Of a stretch of 36,781 bases of DNA, positions 17,414-25,704 are shown piece by piece. Every line of letters starts with the position of its first letter. The stretch's first letter is position 1. Source of the DNA: Candidatus Moraniibacteriota bacterium (GTDB lineage: Bacteria > Patescibacteriota > Minisyncoccia > Moranbacterales > UBA2206); contig JAHFOP010000003.1 in assembly GCA_023261605.1 (NCBI GenBank), forward strand, positions 1-36,781. Direction: 5' to 3'. The notes under the pieces are model-generated. The model saw only the letters and a list, made by a program, of their open reading frames with translations. It did no database searches and was not told where the DNA came from. A program made the translations under genes and the position numbers.

Positions 17414-19123
17414 TTATTTTTTTGGCTCTTCCACAAAAAAGTAGGTGCCTATTGGGGAAAGATTATAGATGACAATATCATCTCCCAAATCACTTTTTTC
17501 TTGCATTGCGATATCTTCCTTAGCGCCCAAGTCATTTTTGAGCATTTCCGCCTCTTCTTTTTTTCCAGTCTTGTATTCTATTGTTGTCGCGGCGTGTTCT
17601 TGATTGAAAATCTTATCAGAAAATTCAACTGGATAACCGATGAGCTCTAACTTCTTTTTCAACTGCTCACTTGATTTTTGATCTGCTCCTTCAGGGGTAA
17701 CAATAGACACATGCACGCTCGATTTTTTAAATACTCCCGATTTAGTTTTCTCCGCTGTTTCCTTAGGTGGCGTTTCTTCATTCTTAGGCACGGCTATCTC
17801 TTGGTGAATGACACTACCTCGCCTGAATCTTATTCCCCAAGCCGCCCCAGCGCCCACCAAAATGAAAATGAGAACAATCAGGAAAACTCTCATTTTTTTC
17901 AGTCCTGATTTTTTTGAGCGCTCCATAATCGAAGGGATCAATTCGTCCACTTCTCTCGCCTGTCTTATAATTTCAATGTTTTTCTTATTGATTGGAATGA
18001 ATAATTTTTCTCCCTCTTTTATTTCGAAGGGCTCTCCAATATAATTCAATTTGGCTATTTTTCTCCAAGGAACAAAAAATCTCTGGCCCAAATCAGCCAG
18101 GTTATCGCCTAGTTTCACCTTATAAATTGGCATTTTCTCTTTAGCCGATTCCCTGAAATATAAAGCAATTAATCTCGCTAAAATAAACAGAACCGCTAAA
18201 ATAATCAGCAAAAATATAACTCGATAAGGCACCACCCAAATGACTAAATCTCTTTGGGCATGCCCCACTCCCTCCTCAAAAAAATCAACATTAGCATGTA
18301 CCGTATACCTTCCAAAAAAAGGCATTTTTTCCCAAATAATCGTCCCTTCGTTTATCTCTTCGCGAGGAAAAATGTTTCCCATTTGCCGATTAGGCAGATG
18401 CGCCACTGTCATACCGAAAATATTTTTTATATCCAACGTGACATTGGGGGAAATTCTAACATTCCCCTTGTTTTTTATTCCGGTAAAAAAAACTGTTCGC
18501 TTGTTTATATCCAAAAGATCTTTAATGAAACTCTTATTTCCAGATGGTTCTAATCGCCAATCGAAACGAGTGACCTCAAAATCTTTTTTCACTTCGCCGG
18601 GAACCGTTTCATAGATTCTCACGCCCACTCTTGTGATAATTTTAACACCCATTCCGGTCGATGCGCCCGCGGCATTGTCCATTTCTTGCACTACGATTCC
18701 ACCCATGTGATCCCCCACATCGGCATTATCCGGAATTTTTATGATAAAAGGCACTCTCTTTTCTGATTTGGGTGGAATTTCCAATTCATTGGCCGACAAC
18801 TCAACCCAGCTCCCCACATCTCCCTTCTTATCATCTTCGCTCAAAAGAGCAAAGCTTCCATCCGCTGTCGTCGTTGCATCAACTGCGTACAGCTTGACTA
18901 TCACGGTTTCATCCTTATTGTTCAACACTCTAACGGCATCAATCTTATCACGACCTAAATCCAATTTATACATAAACCAAGAGTCGGAAAATTCGACATT
19001 GGCATCGGCATTCCCCGGCAAAAGCCCCACCGATTCTGTATTAACCGCTCCAGCAGAATAAGGAAAGAATAAACAGGCCAAAAAAATCAACAGGCCCACT
19101 TGGGAATTTTTCAATCTAACCAT
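17414..19123 (-). CDS. CscA / WxL-interacting-protein-like surface protein (DUF916-like + DUF3324-like) fused to LysM and LytR_C-like modules
   Basis: The track ORF is 17414-19159. Met at 19123 gives the signal peptide MVRLKNSQVGLLIFLACLFFPYSAGA. The DUF916-like part reads WFMYKLDLGRDKIDAVRVLNNKDETVIVKLYAVDATTTADGSF...VPFIIKIPDNADVGDHMGGIVVQE, followed by a second beta-rich domain. Next come a TM helix (VIFLLIILAVLFILARLIALYF), a LysM-like segment (YKVKLGDNLADLGQRFFVPWRKIAKLNYIG...GEKLFIP) and a second TM helix. The C-terminus is LytR_C-like (VHVSIVTPEGADQKSSEQLKKKLELIGYPV...). Confidence 0.6.
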   Translation of the reverse strand: MVRLKNSQVGLLIFLACLFFPYSAGAVNTESVGLLPGNADANVEFSDSWFMYKLDLGRDKIDAVRVLNNKDETVIVKLYAVDATTTADGSFALLSEDDKKGDVGSWVELSANELEIPPKSEKRVPFIIKIPDNADVGDHMGGIVVQEMDNAAGASTGMGVKIITRVGVRIYETVPGEVKKDFEVTRFDWRLEPSGNKSFIKDLLDINKRTVFFTGIKNKGNVRISPNVTLDIKNIFGMTVAHLPNRQMGNIFPREEINEGTIIWEKMPFFGRYTVHANVDFFEEGVGHAQRDLVIWVVPYRVIFLLIILAVLFILARLIALYFRESAKEKMPIYKVKLGDNLADLGQRFFVPWRKIAKLNYIGEPFEIKEGEKLFIPINKKNIEIIRQAREVDELIPSIMERSKKSGLKKMRVFLIVLIFILVGAGAAWGIRFRRGSVIHQEIAVPKNEETPPKETAEKTKSGVFKKSSVHVSIVTPEGADQKSSEQLKKKLELIGYPVEFSDKIFNQEHAATTIEYKTGKKEEAEMLKNDLGAKEDIAMQEKSDLGDDIVIYNLSPIGTYFFVEEPKK

Positions 19124-19230
19124 TTTTTTAAATAAATAATTAAAGAAAAAACAAAACATGCGAACTTCTTTTCGCTAATTCAATTATACATCGGCTTTTT
19201 TCGTCTGTCCAATTTAAAAATCCCCTTGGC

Positions 19231-20751
19231 CTATTGGTTATCCGGACGAACAAAAATACAAGCCAATTCATCGCTATAAACCTCTCTCCAACCTAGATTT
19301 AAAAATACATATTTATTAGGAGGATTGTTGTAGACCAAAGCAAACCCTATGTCATATTTTTTTAGAATATCTTGCCAACCATCGTTAAACATTAAAACCT
19401 TATTGAAATCTTCAAATATTTTTTGATCCCCCATTTTCCAACTGGGCATTCTACCATCGATAAAAACTTTTTTCTCCGGATATTGCCAAATCAGAAAACC
19501 TCCCCAATTATATTCATTGAACATCCGACCATCAATCGGGTTACCTTTCAGATAGCGGGTAGCCGCGAGAGGATACTGTCCGTCCACGGCCAATTTTTCC
19601 AACGAAAAAGAAAGAGGGATTTCGCGTCCCAATCTTTGCTTCCCAACAAAAAATATAGCTAGTATTAGAAAAATTAAAAATGTCTTCTTTTGCACGATTA
19701 CGCTCAATTCCCTGCCAACCAAAGATTCTACGATGGAAATCCAAAGCGGAGTGCTAATAACCAAAAATAGAGGCATATGCCGCCAACTACTGAAACCCAG
19801 ATACAAAAAAACTACGCAGATTAACAAATAAGTATAATCAACGCGCCGAAAACTGAAAATCAAAAGTATCGACAAAAGCAAAAGATAAATTATGAATTGA
19901 TAACTCATGGGATTAGTCATCACCACTGGCATCCATTCATTAATGTTCGTTTTGGCATAACTATCAAAAATGGTATTAAAAATTTCGATATATGTCCTCC
20001 AGCCGTAAGGGTTGAAAAGTGTTGCCAGCGAGGAAATTAAAAAAACAGAAATCAATGGAATGATTTTATTTCCAGAAATGGAATTTTCCCTTAACCATTT
20101 TTCTGCTTTTAAAACCCGGCCATTCTTAAAAAACTTCTTCAAAATGATAGCCAGTGTCAATTTGAAAATTTCCAATCCGATAAAAACTCCCAAAAGGAAA
20201 AGCCCGACTGCAAAACCTCCATGCATATTAACCCAAACAAGAAAAATTAAAGGCAGGACATAAATTATTTTTGATTGATTATTTTTTCGAAATTTGAGAA
20301 TGATAAAAACAACCAAGGCGAGACCTAAAAGATTGAGCATTTGGGGCCGCACTCCCAAAACAGGAATACTGGCAATGACTCCCAAAATAGAGGAGATTAT
20401 TTTATACTCAATTTTTGCTTCCACTCCCCAAGAAACCAAAAGAAAAGCACCGGTGACTATCAGTGCGAAAATGACCGAAAGCATAAATAGATTGGTTTTT
20501 TGATATATCTCCGCCATTAGCACGTCCGTTACCCACTCATGCATAATGAGCGGAAAATTCGGCATCGTATAAGAAAACATATCTTTTTTGGCAACATGCA
20601 AATCATTCTCCAAAAGATATTGCCCGTCGCGAATATGCCAACCCATATCCGGATCAGTCGGGGGACGAAGCGCGATAAAGAAAATCAATAACACTCCCAA
20701 AAAAATAAAGATTGTTCGCGCATTTGTAAGTTTTTTTAAAAAATTTTTCAT
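19231..20751 (-). CDS. Polytopic membrane protein, GT-C-fold (ArnT/PMT-like) glycosyltransferase candidate
   Basis: Track ORF of 506 aa with more than 10 predicted TM helices. An acidic first-loop motif follows TM1 (PPTDPDMGWHIRDGQYLL...FSYT...HEW). The ~130-aa C-terminal domain is soluble. The functional call is tentative. Confidence 0.45.
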   Translation of the reverse strand: MKNFLKKLTNARTIFIFLGVLLIFFIALRPPTDPDMGWHIRDGQYLLENDLHVAKKDMFSYTMPNFPLIMHEWVTDVLMAEIYQKTNLFMLSVIFALIVTGAFLLVSWGVEAKIEYKIISSILGVIASIPVLGVRPQMLNLLGLALVVFIILKFRKNNQSKIIYVLPLIFLVWVNMHGGFAVGLFLLGVFIGLEIFKLTLAIILKKFFKNGRVLKAEKWLRENSISGNKIIPLISVFLISSLATLFNPYGWRTYIEIFNTIFDSYAKTNINEWMPVVMTNPMSYQFIIYLLLLSILLIFSFRRVDYTYLLICVVFLYLGFSSWRHMPLFLVISTPLWISIVESLVGRELSVIVQKKTFLIFLILAIFFVGKQRLGREIPLSFSLEKLAVDGQYPLAATRYLKGNPIDGRMFNEYNWGGFLIWQYPEKKVFIDGRMPSWKMGDQKIFEDFNKVLMFNDGWQDILKKYDIGFALVYNNPPNKYVFLNLGWREVYSDELACIFVRPDNQ

Positions 20752-20760
20752 AAATAAGTC

Positions 20761-21648
20761 CTACTTTTTCTTTTGATAGATAGCCAGAAATTCTCCCGTC
20801 AAAGGGTTGTTAAAGCAAACGTTTTTTATACTTGCGGAAAGATAAGGAAAAATAAATTTCAAAACAGTGCCAATCCCAAAAAACGAATACTTTTGAAAAT
20901 AAGCCGCGTAATAATTCAGGGAAAACTTTTTGCTATTATTTTTAAACACTGTTTCACTGAAATTCAATGGTCGCAACAGCCGACCAAGTGATTTTCGATT
21001 ATAATAAAAAATGTGTTCATATTTGTATTGAAACCAGTTTTTCCCCAAAATCTTGCGTGTCCAAGAATCACTATTGGGAGAAATGATGAAAAGGTGCCCA
21101 CCCGGCTTCAGAATGCGGGCAACTTCCTTCAACTCTTTTTTCGGATAAGGCAGATGTTCCAGCACATCCGTTAAGAAAATAATATCAAAAAAATCATCAG
21201 AAAAAGTTGCCTCGCAAATCCCCCCAGTCCTAATTCGACTGGGAAATTTTTGTTCTAGAATCTCGGCGGAAAAATTAGAAATTTCCGTTCCATAGCATTC
21301 GCATCCTTTTTCATTAAGACATTCCAAAAGATAACCGCCCCCGGCGCCGATATCCAAAACGAGACTTCCTTTCGGTTGGCATATCTTGGGAAAAATATTC
21401 CCCAATTGAGCCAAAAAAGCTTTCTTTTTAGCTTCGGAAATATATTCGAGATTTATCTTCTTTTTTGCCGTGTTCCAGGCCGCATAATCGTTACCATAAA
21501 TAAACGTCCGATCAGTTTCAAAATCTTCGGAAAAAATAACCCCACAAGCGAAACACTTTTCCAATTTCATCTTTCGACTCTCCTTCTCTTCACGCGTAGT
21601 TATATCAAATTGCCTAAGTTCGTTAGAATCGCAAATTGGACATTTCAT
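20761..21648 (-). CDS. Class I SAM-dependent methyltransferase with N-terminal zinc-ribbon
   Basis: Track ORF of 295 aa. It has CPICDS...CFACG cysteine pairs, SAM motif I (VLDIGAGGGYLLECL), and DIIFLTDVLEHLPYP...LKPGGHLFI. Its ATG overlaps the upstream stop (ATGA at 21645-21648). Confidence 0.8.
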   Translation of the reverse strand: MKCPICDSNELRQFDITTREEKESRKMKLEKCFACGVIFSEDFETDRTFIYGNDYAAWNTAKKKINLEYISEAKKKAFLAQLGNIFPKICQPKGSLVLDIGAGGGYLLECLNEKGCECYGTEISNFSAEILEQKFPSRIRTGGICEATFSDDFFDIIFLTDVLEHLPYPKKELKEVARILKPGGHLFIISPNSDSWTRKILGKNWFQYKYEHIFYYNRKSLGRLLRPLNFSETVFKNNSKKFSLNYYAAYFQKYSFFGIGTVLKFIFPYLSASIKNVCFNNPLTGEFLAIYQKKK

Positions 21649-23126
21649 ATTTTTTTTATGCGTTTAAAAACCAAGTATTCTCCATCATCAAAAATTTTTT
21701 TGAAGGCCGGATCATTTTCCAATGTCTCTATATCATTCTTCCATGTTCCAAAATCCATCTGTAAAGCGTAGTCAAAATCGAAAATCCTGCTACTAGACCC
21801 GGTATATGGATCAAAGCGATCCAAAATAATCCAGTCGGCTGTATCTTTTTTCAAGGGAAAACGATAAATTTCCCGCCGCTCGGAAAAATGCGGACCCAAA
21901 TTATGTTGCACCGAAATAGAGGCATCCGCGGGAACGATTTTCTCAATTTCCACGATTTTTTCGGCATGTCCACTAGGAACAAAATCTTCCCAGTAAGAAT
22001 TTCTCCCTAATGGGGAAACACTACTCAAATAGAAAACGCCGAAAGAAAAAATCAAAATAAATATAGCGAACATTCTTTCCAAAAAAACATCACCGGAAAA
22101 AAATCTTTTAAAAGTGATGATAGCGGAGAAAAAAACGAACGGAATAAAAATAGCGCTGTAATAAAAATAAACACTATAAGTCATTGAATAACTACTTAAA
22201 AGATTGATAAGCAAGAGTGGCAAGATAAGAACAATGGGCCAAGAATAAATCGCCAAAGAAAGAACCGGAGTGATTAGAAAGACCATATACCGCACACGAT
22301 CACCAACAAAAAGAACTCCTGCGATTTTATCCGGATAGATGAAAATATTTTTAGCTATCTCAAAAAAATTTCCACCCAGCCAACTGTAACGCGACGGGTA
22401 CAGCATGCTTCCACTCACAAGTGCTGCCACTCCGGTTGAAGAAAAAAATGGCATAGCAATCAGAATTACGCCCACAAAATAAGCGCCGGAACATGCGCTA
22501 ACCCAAAAACCCAACCAGCGCTTCTTTTTAATAAACATTAAATATATTCCCAGCATAAAAACCAAAAGTGCCAAATGCTCTTGAGAAATTACCAAAAGGA
22601 AAGAAAAGGAAAGAAAAGTTTTCCATTTTTCTTTTTCTAAAAAATAGAAAGCACCGGAGGCAAAAAAGACCGCCAACACCACCTCGTGAAAATCATATAG
22701 GATTCCGTTTTGCAAAAATGGATTAAGCAAAAACGCCAGTAAAAAAATTATTGCTAAGAAATTTTTCTTAAGTTTTTCTTTGGCAAAAAAATAAATGAAA
22801 AGTCCACTTGCTCCCGCCGCCGCCGCTTGGAAAAAAAGCAACCATTTCGGCGTAGCAAAAACAGCATAAAAAGGAACGAAAAAAAGCAAGATAGGGCTAA
22901 AATGAGCCCCTAAATAGTTTCTTTGATCAAGCATATTGGAGGAATTGTCAAAAAAATTTCCGTGAACCGTGTTCCAAATTACTTGATCATATGTCCCCAA
23001 ATCATTCAAATATGATTTCAACGCGTCGTGGCGCCCGAAAGAAAGCCCGGAAAAAATAATTACAAAAAAAACCACCAGCGCGACAGCGCAAAAATCAAGA
23101 TTAATTTTTTTGATTATTTTCAACAT
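21645..23126 (-). CDS. DUF2079-like polytopic membrane protein (putative GT-C-type glycosyltransferase)
   Basis: Track ORF of 493 aa. The N-terminal signature FGRHDALKSYLNDLGTYDQVIWNTVHGNFF...LGAHFSPILLFFVPFY resembles the DUF2079 family. It has about 11 TM helices and a C-terminal soluble domain. Confidence 0.6.
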   Translation of the reverse strand: MLKIIKKINLDFCAVALVVFFVIIFSGLSFGRHDALKSYLNDLGTYDQVIWNTVHGNFFDNSSNMLDQRNYLGAHFSPILLFFVPFYAVFATPKWLLFFQAAAAGASGLFIYFFAKEKLKKNFLAIIFLLAFLLNPFLQNGILYDFHEVVLAVFFASGAFYFLEKEKWKTFLSFSFLLVISQEHLALLVFMLGIYLMFIKKKRWLGFWVSACSGAYFVGVILIAMPFFSSTGVAALVSGSMLYPSRYSWLGGNFFEIAKNIFIYPDKIAGVLFVGDRVRYMVFLITPVLSLAIYSWPIVLILPLLLINLLSSYSMTYSVYFYYSAIFIPFVFFSAIITFKRFFSGDVFLERMFAIFILIFSFGVFYLSSVSPLGRNSYWEDFVPSGHAEKIVEIEKIVPADASISVQHNLGPHFSERREIYRFPLKKDTADWIILDRFDPYTGSSSRIFDFDYALQMDFGTWKNDIETLENDPAFKKIFDDGEYLVFKRIKKI

Positions 23127-23129
23127 AAA

Positions 23130-23849
23130 TTATTTTTTTCTGCTCTTTTTATCCGCAAACCGCAGCTTCAAAACCTTCCAAAAACTTTCCCCCACTATCG
23201 CCAAACTGAATTTGGATTTCCCCAAGGTTCGTTCGGTGAACACGATAGGAATCTCCTCGACTCTAAACCCGCGCTTTACCGCGTGATAAGTCGTTTCTAT
23301 CTGAAAAACATAACCAACGGCATCAATTTCCTTTCCTAATAAATATTCTACCACTTCGCGCCGATAGCATTTATATCCGGTTGTCAAATCATTAATAGCC
23401 ATTTTCAGAATAAATCGTGCGTATAGATTTCCGAAACTACTAACAAAGCGACGGCTGGCATTCCAATTGCTAATTTTTCCATTCGCTATATAACGCGACC
23501 CAATCACTAGATCGCACTGATTGACACGTGAAAGGAAAAGACTGATATCTTTCGGGTCATGGGAGAAATCCGCGTCTATTTCGAAAAAATAATCCGCGCC
23601 CTTTTCCAGTGCGTAGCGAAATCCTTCCAGATAGGCTGTCCCCAATCCCAACTTTCCTTTCCGGCGAATAAGATGGAGACTGGAATTGACCGTTTGGCAT
23701 TTTTCAACAATATCCGCAGTTCCATCGGGCGAATTATCATCCACCACCACAATCTCCAAATCAATTATTTTCAAATCAAAAATATGCTGAATTATTTTTT
23801 CAACATTTTCCTTTTCATTATACGTTGGCAAAATTACGGCTGTTTTCAC
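23130..23849 (-). CDS. Polyprenyl/dolichyl-phosphate sugar synthase, GT2 family (Dpm1/Ppm1-like)
   Basis: Track ORF of 239 aa with a GTG start. Diagnostic stretches are AVILPTYNEKENV, VVVDDNSPDGTADIV, GKLGLGTAYLEGF and FEIDADFSHDP. Confidence 0.85.
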   Translation of the reverse strand: MKTAVILPTYNEKENVEKIIQHIFDLKIIDLEIVVVDDNSPDGTADIVEKCQTVNSSLHLIRRKGKLGLGTAYLEGFRYALEKGADYFFEIDADFSHDPKDISLFLSRVNQCDLVIGSRYIANGKISNWNASRRFVSSFGNLYARFILKMAINDLTTGYKCYRREVVEYLLGKEIDAVGYVFQIETTYHAVKRGFRVEEIPIVFTERTLGKSKFSLAIVGESFWKVLKLRFADKKSRKK

Positions 23850-23871
23850 AAATAAAAAATACTACCCCTAA

Positions 23872-23901
23872 TCATTATACCTCATTATACCTCATTATAC
23901 C
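23872..23901 (-). promoter_or_regulatory. Three exact tandem 10-bp units (minus strand GGTATAATGA x3), i.e. three phased TATAAT hexamers, 24-44 nt upstream of the GT2 start
   Basis: Read directly as TCATTATACC x3 on the plus strand. The TATAAT hexamers are at 23874-79, 23884-89 and 23894-99. An SD-like GGGG lies at 23865-68. Confidence 0.55.
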
Positions 23902-23902
23902 G

Positions 23903-23935
23903 ATAAAAAACAAATGAAGCGCCTGAAAGCGCTTC
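23903..23935 (-). terminator. Rho-independent terminator after the WxL-like gene pair
   Basis: The minus-strand RNA reads GAAGCGC-UUUCAG-GCGCUUC followed by AUUUGUUUUUU. It sits 25 nt after the stop at 23961. Confidence 0.65.
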
Positions 23936-23960
23936 AAAAAAAAGTCTTTTAGAAAAATCA

Positions 23961-24533
23961 CTACTGTATCGTCATCGTCATTGTATTTTGATAAGTCCCG
24001 GCCACAAAGTTCGGATTTCCATTAAACACGACATTTACAGTAGTATTGGTTATTTTGTAATTGCCCATACCATTATTCGTTGAGGTATTGAAGAGAGTTC
24101 TCAAGGTGCTAAAATATCCAGCCGTTCCAACTGCTGTCCCAGTGTTAGATCCATTATCCGCGAAAGCTGCTCCCGGCGCCCAAGCGATGGCGGCGTTACT
24201 GATATTGTTCACGCCCGCTCCGCCAGTAGTCAAGTTATTCATTGAGGCGGTTACCGTCCAAGCCACTCCGGTTCCACGAAAGTCTCGGGCATTGACCACA
24301 TCCATGTTCGCCAAAGAGTTCGCCGCTACACCCAAAGTTTGGTTATTGAAAGCCAACGTAGCTGGAGCTTCCATTGACAGCGCGCCGGCAATCAGATTCT
24401 GAATCAAAGTGGTGTTAGTTCCAATCGCACTCGTGAAATCGACACTGACTGAACCGAACACCATAACGAACATAAACAAAACCACAAGTGTCGCCACTAT
24501 TTTTTGCTTTATTTTTTGTTTTTGTATTTGCAT
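23961..24533 (-). CDS. Secreted WxL-domain-like surface protein
   Basis: Track ORF of 190 aa with signal/anchor IVATLVVLFMFVMVFGSVSV. Its motifs are collinear with the Firmicute WxL domain: AGALSMEAPATLAFNNQTLG, VVNARDFRGTGVAWTVTA, GMGNY and the C-terminal AGTYQNTMTMTIQ. Confidence 0.6.
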   Translation of the reverse strand: MQIQKQKIKQKIVATLVVLFMFVMVFGSVSVDFTSAIGTNTTLIQNLIAGALSMEAPATLAFNNQTLGVAANSLANMDVVNARDFRGTGVAWTVTASMNNLTTGGAGVNNISNAAIAWAPGAAFADNGSNTGTAVGTAGYFSTLRTLFNTSTNNGMGNYKITNTTVNVVFNGNPNFVAGTYQNTMTMTIQ

Positions 24534-24649
24534 ATTTAATCGAAATCACATTCCTCTTTTAAGGAATATTTTACTATTTACGCCCTCTAAAAAAATCCCG
24601 CGCCCGTTAATACTATTATAAGCCAAATTCACATTCACACAATAGCCAA

Positions 24650-24664
24650 AGTTATCCACAGCCC
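24650..24664. promoter_or_regulatory. Second copy of AGTTATCCACARCCC (perfect DnaA-box 9-mer at 24652-24660), upstream of the 190-aa WxL-like gene
   Basis: Read directly; 14 of 15 positions match 6004-6018. In the minus sense it lies 31 nt upstream of a TATAAT (rc of ATTATA at 24615-24620). Confidence 0.4.
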
Positions 24665-24666
24665 TT

Positions 24667-25341
24667 TTATTGAATAGTGATTGTTACTGTTCCGGTAATA
24701 TTCTCATTAAAAAGAGAATTGAGATTGGTAAGCTTGACTGTGGGGCGGTTATTGTATATTCCCGCAGCTGTAACGTCACCACTGATAATACTTCTTGGCG
24801 TATTCAATGAATAATCCGAAGAAGCTGATTCAGAAATCCCAGTAGTGGGAGAAGTTATGGTATCTCCGCTAGCAACCGCGCCATCAGTTACTAAGAATAC
24901 ATTATTGTTAGCCAGATTGTTTTTAGTACTGGTCATATCGGTTGATTGCATTGTAAGAGTCCAGGGAACACTAGAGTTGTCGACGACCACGCATTCCTGA
25001 GAAGTGGAAAAAATATATTTACTATAATTATTAGCATTCCCCAAAGTATAATCTACCATATACACATTTGCCGCTTCGCAATTCAAGCCCAGTTGCGCTC
25101 CGCCGGAAACCATATGCCAAAAGGCGGTGTTGCTTTTATAGTTCGCACTTGTTTCAACGCCCACAGCCGACTCTCCCAATGAATCTCCCAAATTATAGCT
25201 ACTCGAACCGCTCAAATTTCCGCCCGAGTTAATCGTGTCGGCATTGATTTTATATGTCTCGCTACTCATCGCCCAAGAACAGGCCGGCAAAAACAGAAAC
25301 AGAAAAATCAGCACTTTTATTTTTCCAAAAAATTTCTTCAT
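24667..25341 (-). CDS. Secreted WxL-domain-like surface protein (second paralog)
   Basis: The track ORF is 24667-25395. Met at 25341 gives the signal peptide MKKFFGKIKVLIFLFLFLPACSWA and removes the overlap with the upstream gene. Motifs are VVVDNSSVPWTLTMQSTD, AAGIYNN and the C-terminal ITGTVTITIQ. Confidence 0.55.
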   Translation of the reverse strand: MKKFFGKIKVLIFLFLFLPACSWAMSSETYKINADTINSGGNLSGSSSYNLGDSLGESAVGVETSANYKSNTAFWHMVSGGAQLGLNCEAANVYMVDYTLGNANNYSKYIFSTSQECVVVDNSSVPWTLTMQSTDMTSTKNNLANNNVFLVTDGAVASGDTITSPTTGISESASSDYSLNTPRSIISGDVTAAGIYNNRPTVKLTNLNSLFNENITGTVTITIQ

Positions 25342-25354
25342 AAAATTGCAAAAA

Positions 25355-25693
25355 TTAAACATCCCCTTGATTCTCGAAAGATTGCTTTTCTCCATCCATT
25401 TTTCGAATTAAGTCCCTAGCGGTAAAAATTCCGGCTAAAAATAAAACAGAGAAAAACAGCTTTAAAAATAAACCGACTATCACAAAAACGGGTTTCTCTG
25501 CCAGACTGAAAAAATTTAAAAATTCCTCAAGGGTAAAAACAATAATCGCACCCAAGAAAAATTTATAAGAAATATCCAATTCTTTCTCTGTGCGCCACAC
25601 CACACCAAAAGAGAATACTATCGACAAGATGGACACCGCAATAACTAAGCTGTTTATAATTAAACTAAAATTAATTGTTTCAAAAATCATCAT
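25355..25693 (-). CDS. Small 3-TM membrane protein, unknown function
   Basis: Track ORF of 112 aa with three hydrophobic helices. It is tightly packed between neighbouring genes, with 11-13 nt gaps. Confidence 0.5.
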   Translation of the reverse strand: MMIFETINFSLIINSLVIAVSILSIVFSFGVVWRTEKELDISYKFFLGAIIVFTLEEFLNFFSLAEKPVFVIVGLFLKLFFSVLFLAGIFTARDLIRKMDGEKQSFENQGDV

Positions 25694-25704
25694 AGTTTTA
25701 AATT

